A DNA stretch of 64,000 nt from Balanoglossus misakiensis (lineage: Eukaryota > Animalia > Hemichordata), in the NCBI GenBank assembly GCA_040954595.2, contig CM082580.2:10208390-10272389 (forward strand). The letters run 5' to 3'. Below are positions 11,714-25,800 of this stretch, piece after piece; positions within the stretch are counted from its first letter, which is position 1, and every line of letters starts with the position of its first letter. Below the pieces are notes generated by a model. It saw only the letters and a list, made by a program, of their open reading frames with translations, had not been told where the DNA came from and did no database searches. The position numbers and the translations under genes were made by a program.

Positions 11714-13530
11714 ACCTGGTGTCAAGCAGATCTTCCCAGATAGAATTTTTGATACAAAAAAGAAGGAATCATGTGATTCAAATGTTTAAATTTTATACAC
11801 ATTTATGCAATTACTGATGATTAATTAAAAATGATGGCGTGGTTGTTACTAGAAAGATGTTCAAAAGGTGTGATTTTCCTAGTCACTTATGTAGGACCAG
11901 GACTGGTTGTACAGTTCTTTTATCTGCTTTCTGGTTGTTGTTTTTCTTTCTTTCGGACTGGTCATGAAATAAAACATTCAGTGCAAGACGAAATGGTGCA
12001 TGTCTGTATTCACCAAGGGCCTGTTTTGCAATGTACCCCAACGGGCTGTTTTTAAAGTAGATTTGAAAATCCATCGCTAGAGGGCGCTCTAGCGAATGGA
12101 GAACAATGTCTTTGACCTGCAGCTACAAGGGTGATGAACTTGAGAAAGTATCTAACCGGATAGAGCTGTTAGACAACAAACAGCGATGGATGAAGCCACG
12201 TGGAAAGAATTTGGGAGACATGGAAAACTACTAGAAATCTTTTTCTCGTACTATAACATGTCGATTGAAAGTTTGAAAAGAGCGCTCATTGATGACGTAC
12301 ATTCGTTTTTTGGAGGGTCTATAATCAACTGGGGAATGCGTCGGAGTCCAGAATCTATATTTGGAGAAGTTGAAAGCCAATTTGCTGAACTTGGATGCGA
12401 TGGACGTTTTGTTATGGGAGTTCGCCGCAAATGACGATGATGCTGCGGAAAGTCATTCCCCAGGAAATGTTCACAACCTATACATTGGAGTTACCCAGAC
12501 AACCGCAGTTTGTCTATTTCAACTTCTCTTTCACGTTTAAAGCCCTAATAGATGTCTGTTTCTCCGTAAATAATATCGCGTGTCTCAAATATTTTTCCCC
12601 ACGCGTGTTCAAAACAGGAAGTTGCAATTCATGTAGTTTGGTATAAACACCATTTTTTCAGACTCGTACAAATGTATAGCCTTCCGTCCATTCCGTCTGA
12701 ACGTTTTCTTTTACGCCCGGGTGTTTACGGTGCCTGTCTGGATCTGCCTCCGCCCCCATCGCTAGTAACAATGGAAACATCGCCTTGTGAGACGTTAAAA
12801 AACCATTCTGTTTAGACCAAAGAGCCTGGTTTGACCCTACTGAGAGAGGACAATGTTTGAGCTGCACACACAGCTGTCGGTACAAAGAACCGCGGGTAAC
12901 GACCTGGAAAACACGTGACCAGTGTCAACCATATGAATGATGATGTGCCCCCTTAATGCATAGGCCGGCCGGCGTGCGTGGTGGAGCTATGTCCGCGCTT
13001 AGCGCTGCAGTGGCGATCGCGTCGACGCGTTCTGTTGTATAATTACGTAAATTGGGATCGGTGAGATATAGGACATGCTACGTACATTCAGGTCCATGTA
13101 AATTGCTGAGGTTGTACTCAATCGGTTGGGTGTAGTCGCGATCGCGTCGTCGTCAGCAGCCGTAGAGAAGCCAGTGTTCGCGTTGCCGTTTTAATACCGG
13201 TTCCGTTAACATAAAGAATCCATTGGATGCTGCGGCGATAGGATTGTATATTATAACAACTGCGCTATTCCGTCTGTTTGGTGAGAGAAAACACACGCTC
13301 TGCGTTCTAATACCGATTCCTTGTCAGAGAAAAAGAGCCTCACATGGCTCGTAATATAGGACGAGAGAGAGGGGTACTTTGATCTCTCCAAAACGCGTTA
13401 ATTTTTAATCACAGTCAGACGAGGACATTTGCCGAGGACAAGGCGGTGGTGAATCACTCCAAGCCAAGAGCCCCTGCATTTTGCTTGTGTTATTTCGTAT
13501 CGGGAAGCCAGTGTACAAGACAAAAAAAAA

Positions 13531-16500
13531 ATGCCGTCTGTCACCACGAAAACCCTAACGCATACAATCGTGAACTTATGCGTATTTGCGGTTTCAGGTA
13601 AGGGGCCACTATTTACTAATTGTCATAATATTTTCCTTTTTATAAATTTACACTAATGTTAATCTCCCATGGTTATCCTTGCAGTGGTAGTTTATTACAC
13701 GCCAATCGAACTGAGATTGCAAATGTAGGTTAATGTCTGTGGAACTGCGTTGTGGCCAGTATCTGAATTTAAAGCAGCTCGATGTACCGATGATGACGTC
13801 ATAGCGCCAGATGCAGCAAATACGCCTACTTTCGCACTAAATCTATGTCCGCATTGTATGGCTATGTCGGCGCGGCGTAACCACTGCGCGCAGGGTTTCC
13901 TGTCTGCCTTCACCGTTTTTGACGGAAAATGTATGAGTAAACCTTCCTTCTCATCCGTTCCAAGTCGCTGGTAGTTTTCCGCCCGTATTATTTTTCCACC
14001 ACAAAGGCCGAATAAGCGACACAAAGTCGACTTAATGACCCTTTGTATGAAACGCTATCACGTGACAAGAGCGGAAGGTCGTGTCTATTTCCCCCCTCTG
14101 ACTCGGATAAGGATGCATCAGCTGCGGGTAATATGAATGCGCATAGGCCTATAAGCCTATGGCCGCTGCCAGAGAATCTTTTACTACACAAAAGTCGTTG
14201 GCATGCGGTCGCTACTTGAGTGAACCCGCTCAATATCATGAATATCAAAGAGAGCAATATGTATAGATTATACATCTTGCATATTTCCACGTGTTATGCT
14301 TTTGACATGTAAATAAAGCAGAATATATTTTCATAATATTGCGATGGCTATTAGTAATTTTATTCCCATAGCGATGCCACGTGAGTGGAATTTTACCGTG
14401 ACGTTATTGAATTCTCACGTCCGACGAATCCAAAGCAATATGTTTTTATTCGCACTTTAGCATTTTTTACATGCTATTGCATGTACTGCAACGCATCGTG
14501 CATATCATCCTTCACCCCAGAATCAACCTATTACGTCGTTGGTATTCATCTCATGATTCCGGCGCCGCGCCTGCTGATTAAAGACCGATTCGCACACAAA
14601 CTCGAAGAATTCAATCCTATTTGCCTAAAAACTACATCTGATCCTGAAATTAAGGAGGATATCGGCCAAATAACGCGACCAGCAACCACCTATAAACAGA
14701 ACAATTGAAAGTGGCCATTCGGTTGAATATTGTAGGCCCTAAAAGTTCATTCGTTTATCCAGTATTTCCAGTGGCAGCTCGTTAGAAATGTCCAATGACC
14801 ATAAACAAACATGTACATAAAAGTTTCGCCAATGTAAGTTCGTGCAAGTAGCTGTTTACACTGCGAGAATCACCTTCATGATTGTGATCGCTGTCCTCCG
14901 GAGTCTGATCTGTTGAGCAAAGGTCGAATGTAAGAACAATGGTCGACCAGAGATAAGGGAAGATGGTAGCTTGAGATGAACCAACTGAGATTTTTTTAAA
15001 TCATAGAAACATTGTACTGTACATGTAATAAGCTTATTATTTCGTCGTGTTTTTTTTGGCACTGTGGCAGCCCTGGGTTGACGATACAGTTTTGATACCG
15101 AATAGTAGTACATGTATTATTGTATGCTAATTTAGTTGTGGAGGTTGAGTGATCGATGTCAGTAGAATGACCCACATTCAGTAGAGGTGGTTGATATGAT
15201 AGGCTTCCAATCCCATGCAGAGGGCGGGTAGTCAAAGGCTGGGCATGGGCGGAGCGATGGGGGTGAGGGTGGGGGTGGGGGGCAAGGTCTTGACATGCAT
15301 TGAACTCGATGCTGTACTGTGCGTGCCGCCGGTGATACAGTTCGAAAGTACAAAATTAGTGCAGTTGCGCTGTCCTAGAAACAGTGCACTCCGTGAATAG
15401 CTTAACAAGTTCTGACTGACTGCCCGAATGAGGGAGAGAGGGAAACAGGGACACAATTCTTTTGCGGTGCCCTGAGAAAAAAAGTATGACTGGCTATAGA
15501 AAAAAAAAAATACTGTAACAGTGACTGAAACAACAATTTCTGACATACCCAAATCCCTCACCCCCAGAAATTAAACGGTTCTCCCCTGATGTCCCAAGAT
15601 GTAGAAAATGATATTACAATCAAATCAGTCTTATCGTCATCGAAAGACTGGTTGCGATACGTCGAATCTGATCTCTTGTTCAAAGGTCGCGTGGAAACAA
15701 AGGAGGGCTACTGATGAAAATAGAGAAAATCGTACGGTAATTTCACACCTTTCAGTAGCCTATCCTAAAATACTTCACGTCGAGTACAATGCACAAGTCA
15801 GAACCTTGCCCCCCCCCCCCCCATGCTCCAATGCCCCACCCATCCACCCCGTGACTACCCAACCTCTGGGATCCTGCTCTGGGATCATATGAACTAAAAC
15901 AGCTATTGTTTGCTCAACTTCCACATCTTACATTAGCATACAATACGATCACCACTATTGAGTGTGAACATTTCAAATCAAAGACATTGTTACGGAAAAT
16001 AACAGAGATCGGGTCAGAACAATATATAGGCACGAGACGAATTACTTAGTGAGATTTTTGAATGATTGTCATTGATTAATGTTTTCTTGCTTGTTTTCTT
16101 CAGTCGCACTGGCATGGAAGATGGACGAAATCATGAGGTACCTGTATCCGCACCGCCTCGAGGGAGCAGTGTTTGATATCAAGGACCCCAAGATTTTGCA
16201 CTCTTACAGAAACTCCATAACCTGGTCAACGCTCTTAGATATCGTCGTCAAGACGACGGTGCCGACGGTGAGACTGCGACCCTTGACCTATTCACCCGTC
16301 CAACAATAAAATCGAGAAAGCGCACGAGAGTAGTTCGATTCTACTTTTAGTTGTGTATGTCAAAGACCGCAAATACCCGAGAACAGCCACAGAACAAAGA
16401 GATGAATAAAAACCAACAGAATTTGTCGACCAATTGCACCACATCATTGAAATAATGTACATCTGTATACACGCATTTGTGGCTTTAGTCACAAATTCAA

Positions 16501-18601
16501 CTACGGACTTCTCTTCAAGCCGCTTCTGTCTTTTCGTATTCCAAAAGATTTATTGGCTATTCCAGCGGGATGGGGGATTTGTGCAAGCTTGCCATTACAA
16601 CCGAAAAGTCTGCTATCTGCATCCTATCTACTATACACATCTTCATACATTGGCTATTCTCACAGCTGAGTCGTTTGTGGCTGCTTCCATTTCAGATAAT
16701 AATCGGCGAAGCGTCATACCTATTTACCAAGAAACGGTCTCTATTAAGCACCATCTATGCCTTCTGCCAAGTCTTAGGAACCCATCTGTTCGCCTCCTGT
16801 TGGCTCCGAATATCCGTCGTCGTACCCAAGGCCATGGTGGTCAAACCGCGGCCGCACTTCCTGGAAACGTGTAACCCAGATCTGACGGGTATCCCGCCAG
16901 ATCAGAGGATCATCCCCTTCGATAGGTGCACAAATACAGCGAAAAAAATGGCTGATGCCAGGTAACGTCTTCTGTAACACAGATTAAACACTTTGTTTGT
17001 TTTTTACAGAAATAAAGGCGCCCAATTCAACGAGACCAGAAGAGATCTCTTTTTTGTTCAATGCTCACACGGTATCTAACTAATCAATCAATCAACTTCA
17101 AATATTATCAATTAATATCAAATGATCGATTAATCGTCTTTGTCTTCACACAGTGATTCTTGGCCGTCTGGTCATGCGGCTTTGGCCTTCTTTGCAGCTG
17201 TTTTTCTGATGGTAAGTCAAGTCGCACGTACCCTTGATTTACGATACAAAAGGGCGTTTCGGTGGTAACTATGGCTAAATGTCCTCTCTCAAAAGTTGTC
17301 AAGACGTATCAACTCGGGGTCATTGTTCTGGATAATCTATATACGAAGTGTTCAGACTTTAGATTCATTCAGTACGAGCTTCACGTCAAGAAGGCCCGAA
17401 TGTGGCTCGGGTACTTCGGCTTTCGACACCCTTAACTTTAGAGAAATACATGTACTAACACTGCATGTGTGGTAGTGATCGGTATAACCAGAATTATGAT
17501 TTCTTGATATCTTCCAGATTTATATAAAAGCTAGACTGCCAAGGAAAACGCCGTTGCTGCTGACATCGCTTATACAAATGATATGTCTGTCTGCTGCCTA
17601 TTTCGTCTGCATGACAAGGATAGCCGACAACCGTCACTACTTTGATGACGTGCTAATGGGCGTTGTGATCGGCGTGGTTCTTGCTGTGTGGACGGTGAGT
17701 GGTCGCATACTACTGTAGTATAAAGTTGCAGTAATCGAAACTTCGTTCGTACCGAAACCACGGTCACTCCAGTGCTGAAACTCACAAAAAGCAAGCAAAC
17801 ACACGAAAGGTAATGAGTAGATGTAAGAGACATATGGCGAACAGCTGAAACTTTATACAGACAAAAAAAATCGCCAAGCGACCATTGTCACATTCAAACG
17901 AAAGTTTCCGAATCGGAAACTCGTCCTGATAACCTGCGTATTTTGCATGGATTTTCTCCGCCAATCAGAGTTTTCAAAGTTCGATTTTCGTAACCTATCC
18001 AAACTTTGGTATATGATCAAGCACCGCGTTTTGTCGGATCAGTTCAGTTTGCAGGAAACTTCGCTGTCTTTTCATGAAAGTAATGCGAAAAGACGCAACC
18101 TGTCGGAAAATCCACACCCATTCCGATCCCCGACCTGTCTTGTCAGTTGCTTAATCAGGAATACAAACTATCAAGTTTCCTAATAAGCACCTGTTAATTA
18201 CTTAATCTGTGTACCCCCATCGACAGATTAAGATGATAAAGTAAACATCTGTGAGCGTACGCACTAAACTCAATAGGCTTGGCTATAAACGCATCGTCGT
18301 GAAGACGTAGCCTCTTCATGGCAATACGTGAACTTGATAACGGCCTTCGCTGAACACCCAGTTATAAAGACGAAAGGGGATGGCGAAGAGTTGCTGTGAT
18401 ATGATGGGGGAACAGAAGTCTTCTTTTTGACGTTCATGTTTTTTTTTATCTCTCTGACAGGCTCATATGTGCAATCTCTTTGACGATGACGTCAGCTCCA
18501 GTGCCCACGTCACTCACACCAATGGTGCCAGTATATTGGCCGGCGCGGGAGTGACAACCATTCCAAGAAAACAGCAGAATGGTGTCCTGAAGATGGACTG
18601 A
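13531..18601 (+). CDS. PAP2-superfamily phospholipid/lipid phosphate phosphatase (PLPP/LPP-like), copy 2, six exons
   Basis: Exons 13531-13597, 16104-16267, 16696-16961, 17154-17211, 17518-17694, 18461-18601. Internal exon sizes (164, 266, 58, 177) are identical to copy 1. C1 KAMVVKPRPHF, C2 SWPSGH, C3 TRIADNRHYFDD. Confidence 0.9.
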
Positions 18602-20514
18602 ACGGCCCCAGCTTCTCCCAGAAGCTGGGAACTTGAAGCAGATGCATGCAAATCTAAGAAGACATTTACCTTTAGTTCAATGACTCTTGCTGCTAAATAT
18701 TCATAGAAATATTTCTAGAGTCAACTTAGCGTTCATTACGATTTTCATTAGATTGATAAGGCAGGTTCTAATGTAACCCCCTGGACAATCATTGCATTCC
18801 GTGAGAAAGAAAGAAAGAAAGAAAGAATGGAATGAGTGATGCCTGGACTAGCAAATTGTTCAAATTTTACAGAGTGCTGCAAGAAAACTGCTGGAAAAGG
18901 TGTCTGGAAACAATCCTAACTTTCCACGGAAAAAAAAAGCATTTTCTCAGAAATTTAAACTTTGTGTCGTACCTGTGGTAATATGGCAGGGAATTTTAGA
19001 TTGTTACACGTTTTATTGGATGGATTTTCTAAATAATGAATTTGTTTTTACACTTTTCAAAGAGTCTCTGATTGTCAATGAATATTCTAGACAGCACACT
19101 TTATCCAGTCAACGCTGATAACTCATTTGGACTTAAAGTGCATCAGCAGTAGAATTCCATCCTTTCATTAAAGGCCTTTGTCTTGATCTCAGGCTTGGGT
19201 AAAAGAAGTGCACGTCTTTTGGTTTCCTTTGAATTTTTTTCTTAATGCAGATAAATTAGCTGCCAGCTAAAGTTGACAAAAACATGGGTATTTAAGTTTT
19301 TGAAGATACTTCTGTGTAAAAATGGTAGCGCGCACATCAATGGCGGATTTTCGGAAAAATAAGTCCCTTTATTCACACTTTTTTTTGGAAACATTTTGGA
19401 ACAAAAAAATAAATTCATATGAAACAAAAGAAACCATAGCAAAATAACTGTGTGACAGAATCTGTGTTGGACAGCTGTGCCCATCAAGTGTTCTGAAATC
19501 AGACTGCGGCACTGTAAATGGTGAAAGGTTGCCGTTATTTTATTGTCATTTTATCCAGTGTTTTGCGTGGGTGTTCGAGGGCAGTTTTGACAGTCGTGAT
19601 ATGCATAATAAACATCTAGGACAGACAAACCTTTCATTTCAGGAGTCTGTTACTCTATGCAATGCAAATACGAGTCATTTTTGTGTGCAGTGCACAGTTT
19701 AATGCAAGTTTTCAAAGCAGCTATGAGAAATAGTTACAACATGCTGACATGTGAAAATAAAATATGAATCACATCTTGGAAGAAAAAAAGATATTTTAAG
19801 ATGGGCTGTGGCACTTTGAGCTGTGTTATAACCATAGCACAGATTACCCAGACAATTACAACGAATGTTCAATGAGGTCTTGTGGTGCTAACAATGGTAA
19901 GATGAATGTGGACAATGAATGTAGCAGGGTTTTTTTTTTTTAATTAAAAAAAAAATGAAATAATCTCCCCTAAGCACCCCCAGCAAAGTATGAAAGGTGG
20001 ATTAGGAAACAGAATTTTCGATACTGATTTTGTGCACTTTTCTGTCTCAGGATAGGTCAGCGTTTTACAGTGAACTGAAATTTTCATTGTGATTTCTAAA
20101 GACACTGCTGTACACTGTATATAATATGTTATGGTCACTGAAATCTGGCAAAAGTGAGGATTTCCTTTTTTGCATTTAAATAGGATACTGCCTCAGGGGA
20201 GAATTTCCTTAATCAGCATTATTAAAACAGAACAATCTGGGGTGGGGGTTGATTGTAAGAAAAAAAAACGTTCACTATTCTGTGCTATGTTAAAGGTATT
20301 TCCAGATATACAAAAAAGATAATTTGAACTTGTCTTGACTTTTTTTCCTTTGTGTGAAGACAAAGTTTTGAACCCATTCTGATTTAAGTGACAATAAACT
20401 ACTTGATTTTACAGCAATCCCATAGTGACTAATGATTTTTTGTCTTCATTTTATGAATTTCAAATTCCCCCTTGGGGTTTAAGTTAATGCGACATTTTGT
20501 GCACAGATGGAGTT

Positions 20515-20607
20515 TTAACCCTTTCACCACCATGGTTCAGTCCAAACCCATTGTTTTCTATGGTTAGGTTGGACTCCTAAAGAGGGACCTGGGGGTGAAA
20601 GGGTTAG
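20515..20607. mobile_element. Tiny MITE-like element with piggyBac-like TTAA|CCC ends
   Basis: TTAA-CCCTTTCACC...GGTGAAAGGG-TTAG inverted ends (element 20519-20603). The core ATTGTTTTCTATGGT.A.GTTGGA recurs in a decayed copy at ~56713-56793. Confidence 0.55.
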
Positions 20608-22861
20608 AGGATATATTGTTGGCCACAATGGCATTCACTCACATTTCAAGTGGCATATTTTACTTCACAGGATGAGATTAGCTGCTTGGAGGCTCTTTCA
20701 AGATTGGCTTTTAACACAAGCTTAAGAAACGGCAGCATTGTTAAAGAATTTGTCTGAGCATTTTCTGAGCAACAAAGAGAGAAAAGTACGGTTGTGATCC
20801 TCGAAACACGAAAATCCCACTTGATCCCCGTTTCATGAGCAAGACAGAGAACCAAAGTTCTCGGGTTCTTTGATCATGCAATTCCATTCCTGATGAAAAT
20901 AAATATTTTCAAGTGGATATTGTTTGGTCAGTATTACGAATATGCAGACAGCCATATGGGAACTATAGAGATGCCAATTGTTTCAAAATATGGCAATAAA
21001 TAATATGCGGTAAATTTCACTATTATATGGCATATTTGTACGCGGCCTTTCTTCAGAATAAAACCGACAAAAGAACTGGACTTCAATAGGAGACGAAAAG
21101 GAAATCAAAGGTTTGTATTGACGCAGTCTCCTGTTTCTAAGGTAACAATGTCCTCAGGTGACACACAGATTTACGACGTCAGACAGATTTTCCTTCATGA
21201 CTTGTAAGTGGCAAGCAGATAGGAAAAGTAACAATGGAAAGTCTATACGCTGCTTGTTATTCCTGGTGAAATAAGACAAGTGCCGAAATGCTGGCATGTT
21301 GTGACTTGAACAAGTTGGCATGTATGGCCCCGAGGGTGCTGATATAAAACCAAGTGAGACAACAGACGACATATGTACTTTTCTGCCATCTGTGGATAGA
21401 TAGCAAACCCACATGAAAGAAAAAAAGCACACCATAAAATCTGTGGAGTATGATAGTGATGGTATGTTTTTATAAGGATATGACCCATTTTTTTCTCCCC
21501 GAAAATGATGACAACACTGGAATGGACATTGCACGGAATGTTGCAATGTTTCCTGTAGATAAGCCAGTTAAAAAAAATACTGGTAGGTCAAATATGTTAT
21601 GACCAACAGTACCCTGTACTGTTGTAAAGACATACTGGGAGGGTAACAGCTAATTTGTAATAATAAAACTGACACATGGTTATTTATAAACTCTTACTCA
21701 CTGAATTTATAGCGAGATTGCAGAATTTTTTTTAACTATAAGCACTTGACAAATAGAAGTGGTTCAATGCAACACACTCACACACACAAACGCATACACA
21801 CAGCTTTCACACTCTATACATATCTTTTTTCATGTTTGTACACACCTATGGTGAAATATTGATCAATATTGGTTTTGTGCTCTGGGTTAACAGAAAGCCA
21901 ACCCAAACAGTGATTCTTATTGGCGAGCATATTTCAAGAAATACCGTTTTTAATCTGAACTGTTTTGTGATTGATCACGAAATCTGAAAAAAAATTGGTC
22001 TTTAAAAAATGAAATGCTTTTTTTTTTGCAGTGAACCTACTTCAATATTACGCCACTACAGTCTAGCAGCAATATTCTATTTGGATTATAAATACAGTCG
22101 AGTCTGATATTAGATTTCAAGCAAATGTCTGCTTTTGGCCGACACCTCACAGTAGATAAAAATGCAGTTCCAACAGGGCCTGAAAATCATGTTTTCTTCT
22201 TCATTGGTCCGTAGAACAGTTACACAATATACCAGTACTTGTATTTGTACCTGCATAAAAAAATTAACTGGTCTTTGCATATTTCGGGGATATTATATCT
22301 AACTGCTGCCTGCGCCTCATGTGAGACAAAATATGCCCAAGTTGTGTAAGAAATCTAATCCCATGTCCTTGATGGTGTGAGATTCTATTAGTCACAATCA
22401 GTGTTTTCCATCGTGAGGTCACCCATCTGATATTCTACACAAACATCAGAACTACTGTACTCCTTGGCCAGCCTTCACTGGTCAATGATGGAAAATGACT
22501 GGTCTCAGACCTCAGACCACAATATTTTTCAGGCCCTCCTTCACAGCTTCTGCGATCATCGGGGGATAGGTGCCAACTTGAGTACAAGCGGGTGGTAAAA
22601 GAACATTCAATGAACCCTCCATATAGATAATCTAATTTGAAAAAAAAATCTTTTCAGCTGCAGATCTGTTGCCTAAGTATTAAATTATAAGTTTATCTCC
22701 CATTGCCAAATATACAAAAGGAAAACGTTGTTTTCAATCTGCTAGTGTTGCAACACTGCAATGGTGCCTCACATATACATGTGTTTGGCAAGCGCGTCGT
22801 GGATCTCAGCCATGCCAAAACACAGAGCTCTGACAGATTCTGGCACCTAGCAAGTCTTCTT

Positions 22862-25800
22862 CTATTCGTCCTTTCGCCTTCTGTACCTGATGACAGGATT
22901 GGTCGGGGTGTGAATCATGGTTGAGGTGTTCACTTGGGGAAAGTAACCATCCACCAAGTCAAACTTGTATTTCCTCAGCAGTACTGACCAGATGGTCTTG
23001 ATTTGAACGTAGGCGAAGTTCTCACCAATGCAACGGTGACGACCTGCAATCACATGTGATATAACAGAAACTTCTATCAAACGGACATGCAAGTCATAAG
23101 GGTACCAGATTAAACGAGAATCAATTGAAAATACAGTGGATCGAGGGGGGGGGGGGGTAATGTTTCCAGCCTAACTACTCACCAGCACCGAACGGAATAT
23201 ATACAAATTTTTCACTGTTCGAAGCTGCCTCTTCTAAGAACCTGAAAAGGAAAAAAAAATCGGAAACCTGTTTAACTTGCTGTCGAGTTTTATATTCCGC
23301 TCCCATATGAAATCTGTTATTCCCACAATTAATATTCGCAATCAGAACCTCAAATGAGGCATACTGTGACAATTCAACTGCAAAATCTATTTAATTTCCT
23401 ATTGACATATAACATATAACAGGTCCATGGTGAGAGGCCATTTTTCTACCATTAAACTGCAGCTACAATTCACGTGATATTGAAAATTTATAACCTACCT
23501 GTCTGGGTTGAACTGTCTGCATTGGTGCCCCCATTTGTCCTCAATTCTCTGGTTGACAGGGGGTGACACACATATCTGATGACCGGGTGGAATGGTAAAC
23601 TCCTTGAATGTCTGGAACATGAAAATACAGTTGCTGTCAAAAATTTATCTTTCCAGGAGTGGGTTTTTCAGAATCATATAGTCCCTCTATCTGCTGTAAA
23701 TCTACAAGATTAGATGTAAATGTATCAATTAATACTGACCATGTAACTGAAGGGCAAGTAAACATATCTAACCTACCTGAGGGGTCCTGCACATTCTCAT
23801 CATGGTCATGATTGGTGGCCTCAATCGTAAGGTCTCCTTAAGGCAGCGGTCAAGACAATCCATCTTTTTCAGCTGTACAAGAGACAACACAAGAACCACT
23901 ATGACTCCACACATTGAAAGCAATACCACTGATCAAGGTTATTACGTTTAAAGTGGACTGAATGATGCTATTTATGACTGACAAATATACCTCATCATAA
24001 TCCACTGGTGGAAGATCTTCTCCACAGACCCTCAACTGTTCTTCATAACAGGCATCCTGTCAGATAAAACAGAAATGATAGAAAACGTCATCATGACATT
24101 TCTTCTTGAATGCACAGCTAGTTGTGATCGAGATGTACATTTTGAGCCTTACCTGCATGTGCTTGTACTTAGCCAGGAAGAACCCCAACCAGGCACTAGT
24201 TGTTGATGATGTGTGCTGTCCTGCCATCAGCAATCCAATCAACATTCCAGATATCTCATCATCAGTCAGATTCCTTCCACTCCTGCAAGAACATTTCAGA
24301 CACATAACTCAGCATTCCCAGTTTGACTGTTTTGCCACTTTTAAGGTATTTCATTTTAGGTTTGATTTCAGGACAAGCCGGTGTGTGCATAATCTGATGG
24401 GTGTGAAATACCAAAGACTGAGCTGGAGTTAACTGTACAATTTGCCAGCGAGATGTTGCAGAATAAATGATCTTACTTGTAAGATGCATCAAGAAGTGTC
24501 TGTAACATGTCATCTTCTGGTTCCTCAGATTCTCGTCTCTTCGCAATCGCCTGATGAAAAAGAAGACATTGCTCTGAGATTTACACAAATGTCACCAGCT
24601 GACTAGATGATTCAATATTAATAACTAACCAAGTAATGTAGCTTGTGATCAAACGCCAATTTGACAGCTTCCTGCCCATTAATTTTTCAGTTTTATCTGG
24701 CAGGAAATTAAATAAATTGATAAATTAATATTTTTATGGTAAGAAGATGACTGACTAAGCTTGTAGTTGCAATCGAAATTGGGTCATGGAGGCTGTTCGA
24801 GCAGTTTTAACATATATTTTGGAAATAGGTTGTTTTTAACTACACCCCTGATACAGCCAATAAGTAATTATATCACACATAATAAGATCAGGGCTCGCAC
24901 TGGATCTATCCTAAATCTCTGATGTAATAATGCGTTTGCCATTAAAGTCTGATGTTGGAGGACTCTGAACTGACTGATTATCATGGATAATTGACCTTTG
25001 CAACTTTAGTTTCCATTGTGTATCATTAGCCAAATGGTGATTTATTGAGAAACTGGATAAATGTTTTACTCAGTGCAGCGTGGCAGACTCGGCCAACTGA
25101 GCTGAAAGCAGCCTTTGTGACTGACTAGTCATGTGCAAATTTAATCAATCTGAAAATACGCCTGAATAGCTGATCTTTAATACCTGTGTATTGCGAATTT
25201 GAGATCTAGCCAATCAAAGATTTTCAGTGGGTTGCCACATGAAAAAGAGTTCCACCAAATGCTCTTTTGAAGACCCAGACACACCCTATTAACCATATAT
25301 GGTGATATGTAAATAACTGTATTCGGGTAAAGCAATGTGGTGGATAAATGAAAGAATAAACTGATTCCCAAATGACTTTGTATGTCTTTGTCTGTGCAAA
25401 TATCATGAGACTTCTTCAGTGCTTCGTGTCTACAGAACATTGCTGCACTGGAATAGTCAGCTGACATCATTGTGTTCTACAGTATACCTTCTGTGGACGG
25501 TTTTGTGTAGGTGAACATTGCTAAAAACAAAAAGGCTCACCTTATAGAAGATTTGTTTCATTTCCCGGTGGGCCTTGTCTCTCTTGATAAAACTTGGGAA
25601 TGGAATCCAGCCTGGGAAGAGCCAGGCCAAGTAGGAAAATCCTCCATCCAAGTCGGTGTACAGCTGGGCTACTCTTTCATTCAGCACACTGCGGATTTCC
25701 TTCCCTGTAAATGTCAAAGCACACAGTTTGTCAAATTGATTTAAAAAAAATCAAATCCAACATCATCCCTTGCTAATCACTCTTTATTCCATACAAATGT

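Noticed and set aside
12186-12646. ORFs of 82-83 aa between the phosphatase genes
   Set aside because: No recognisable motif, paralogue or splice partner.
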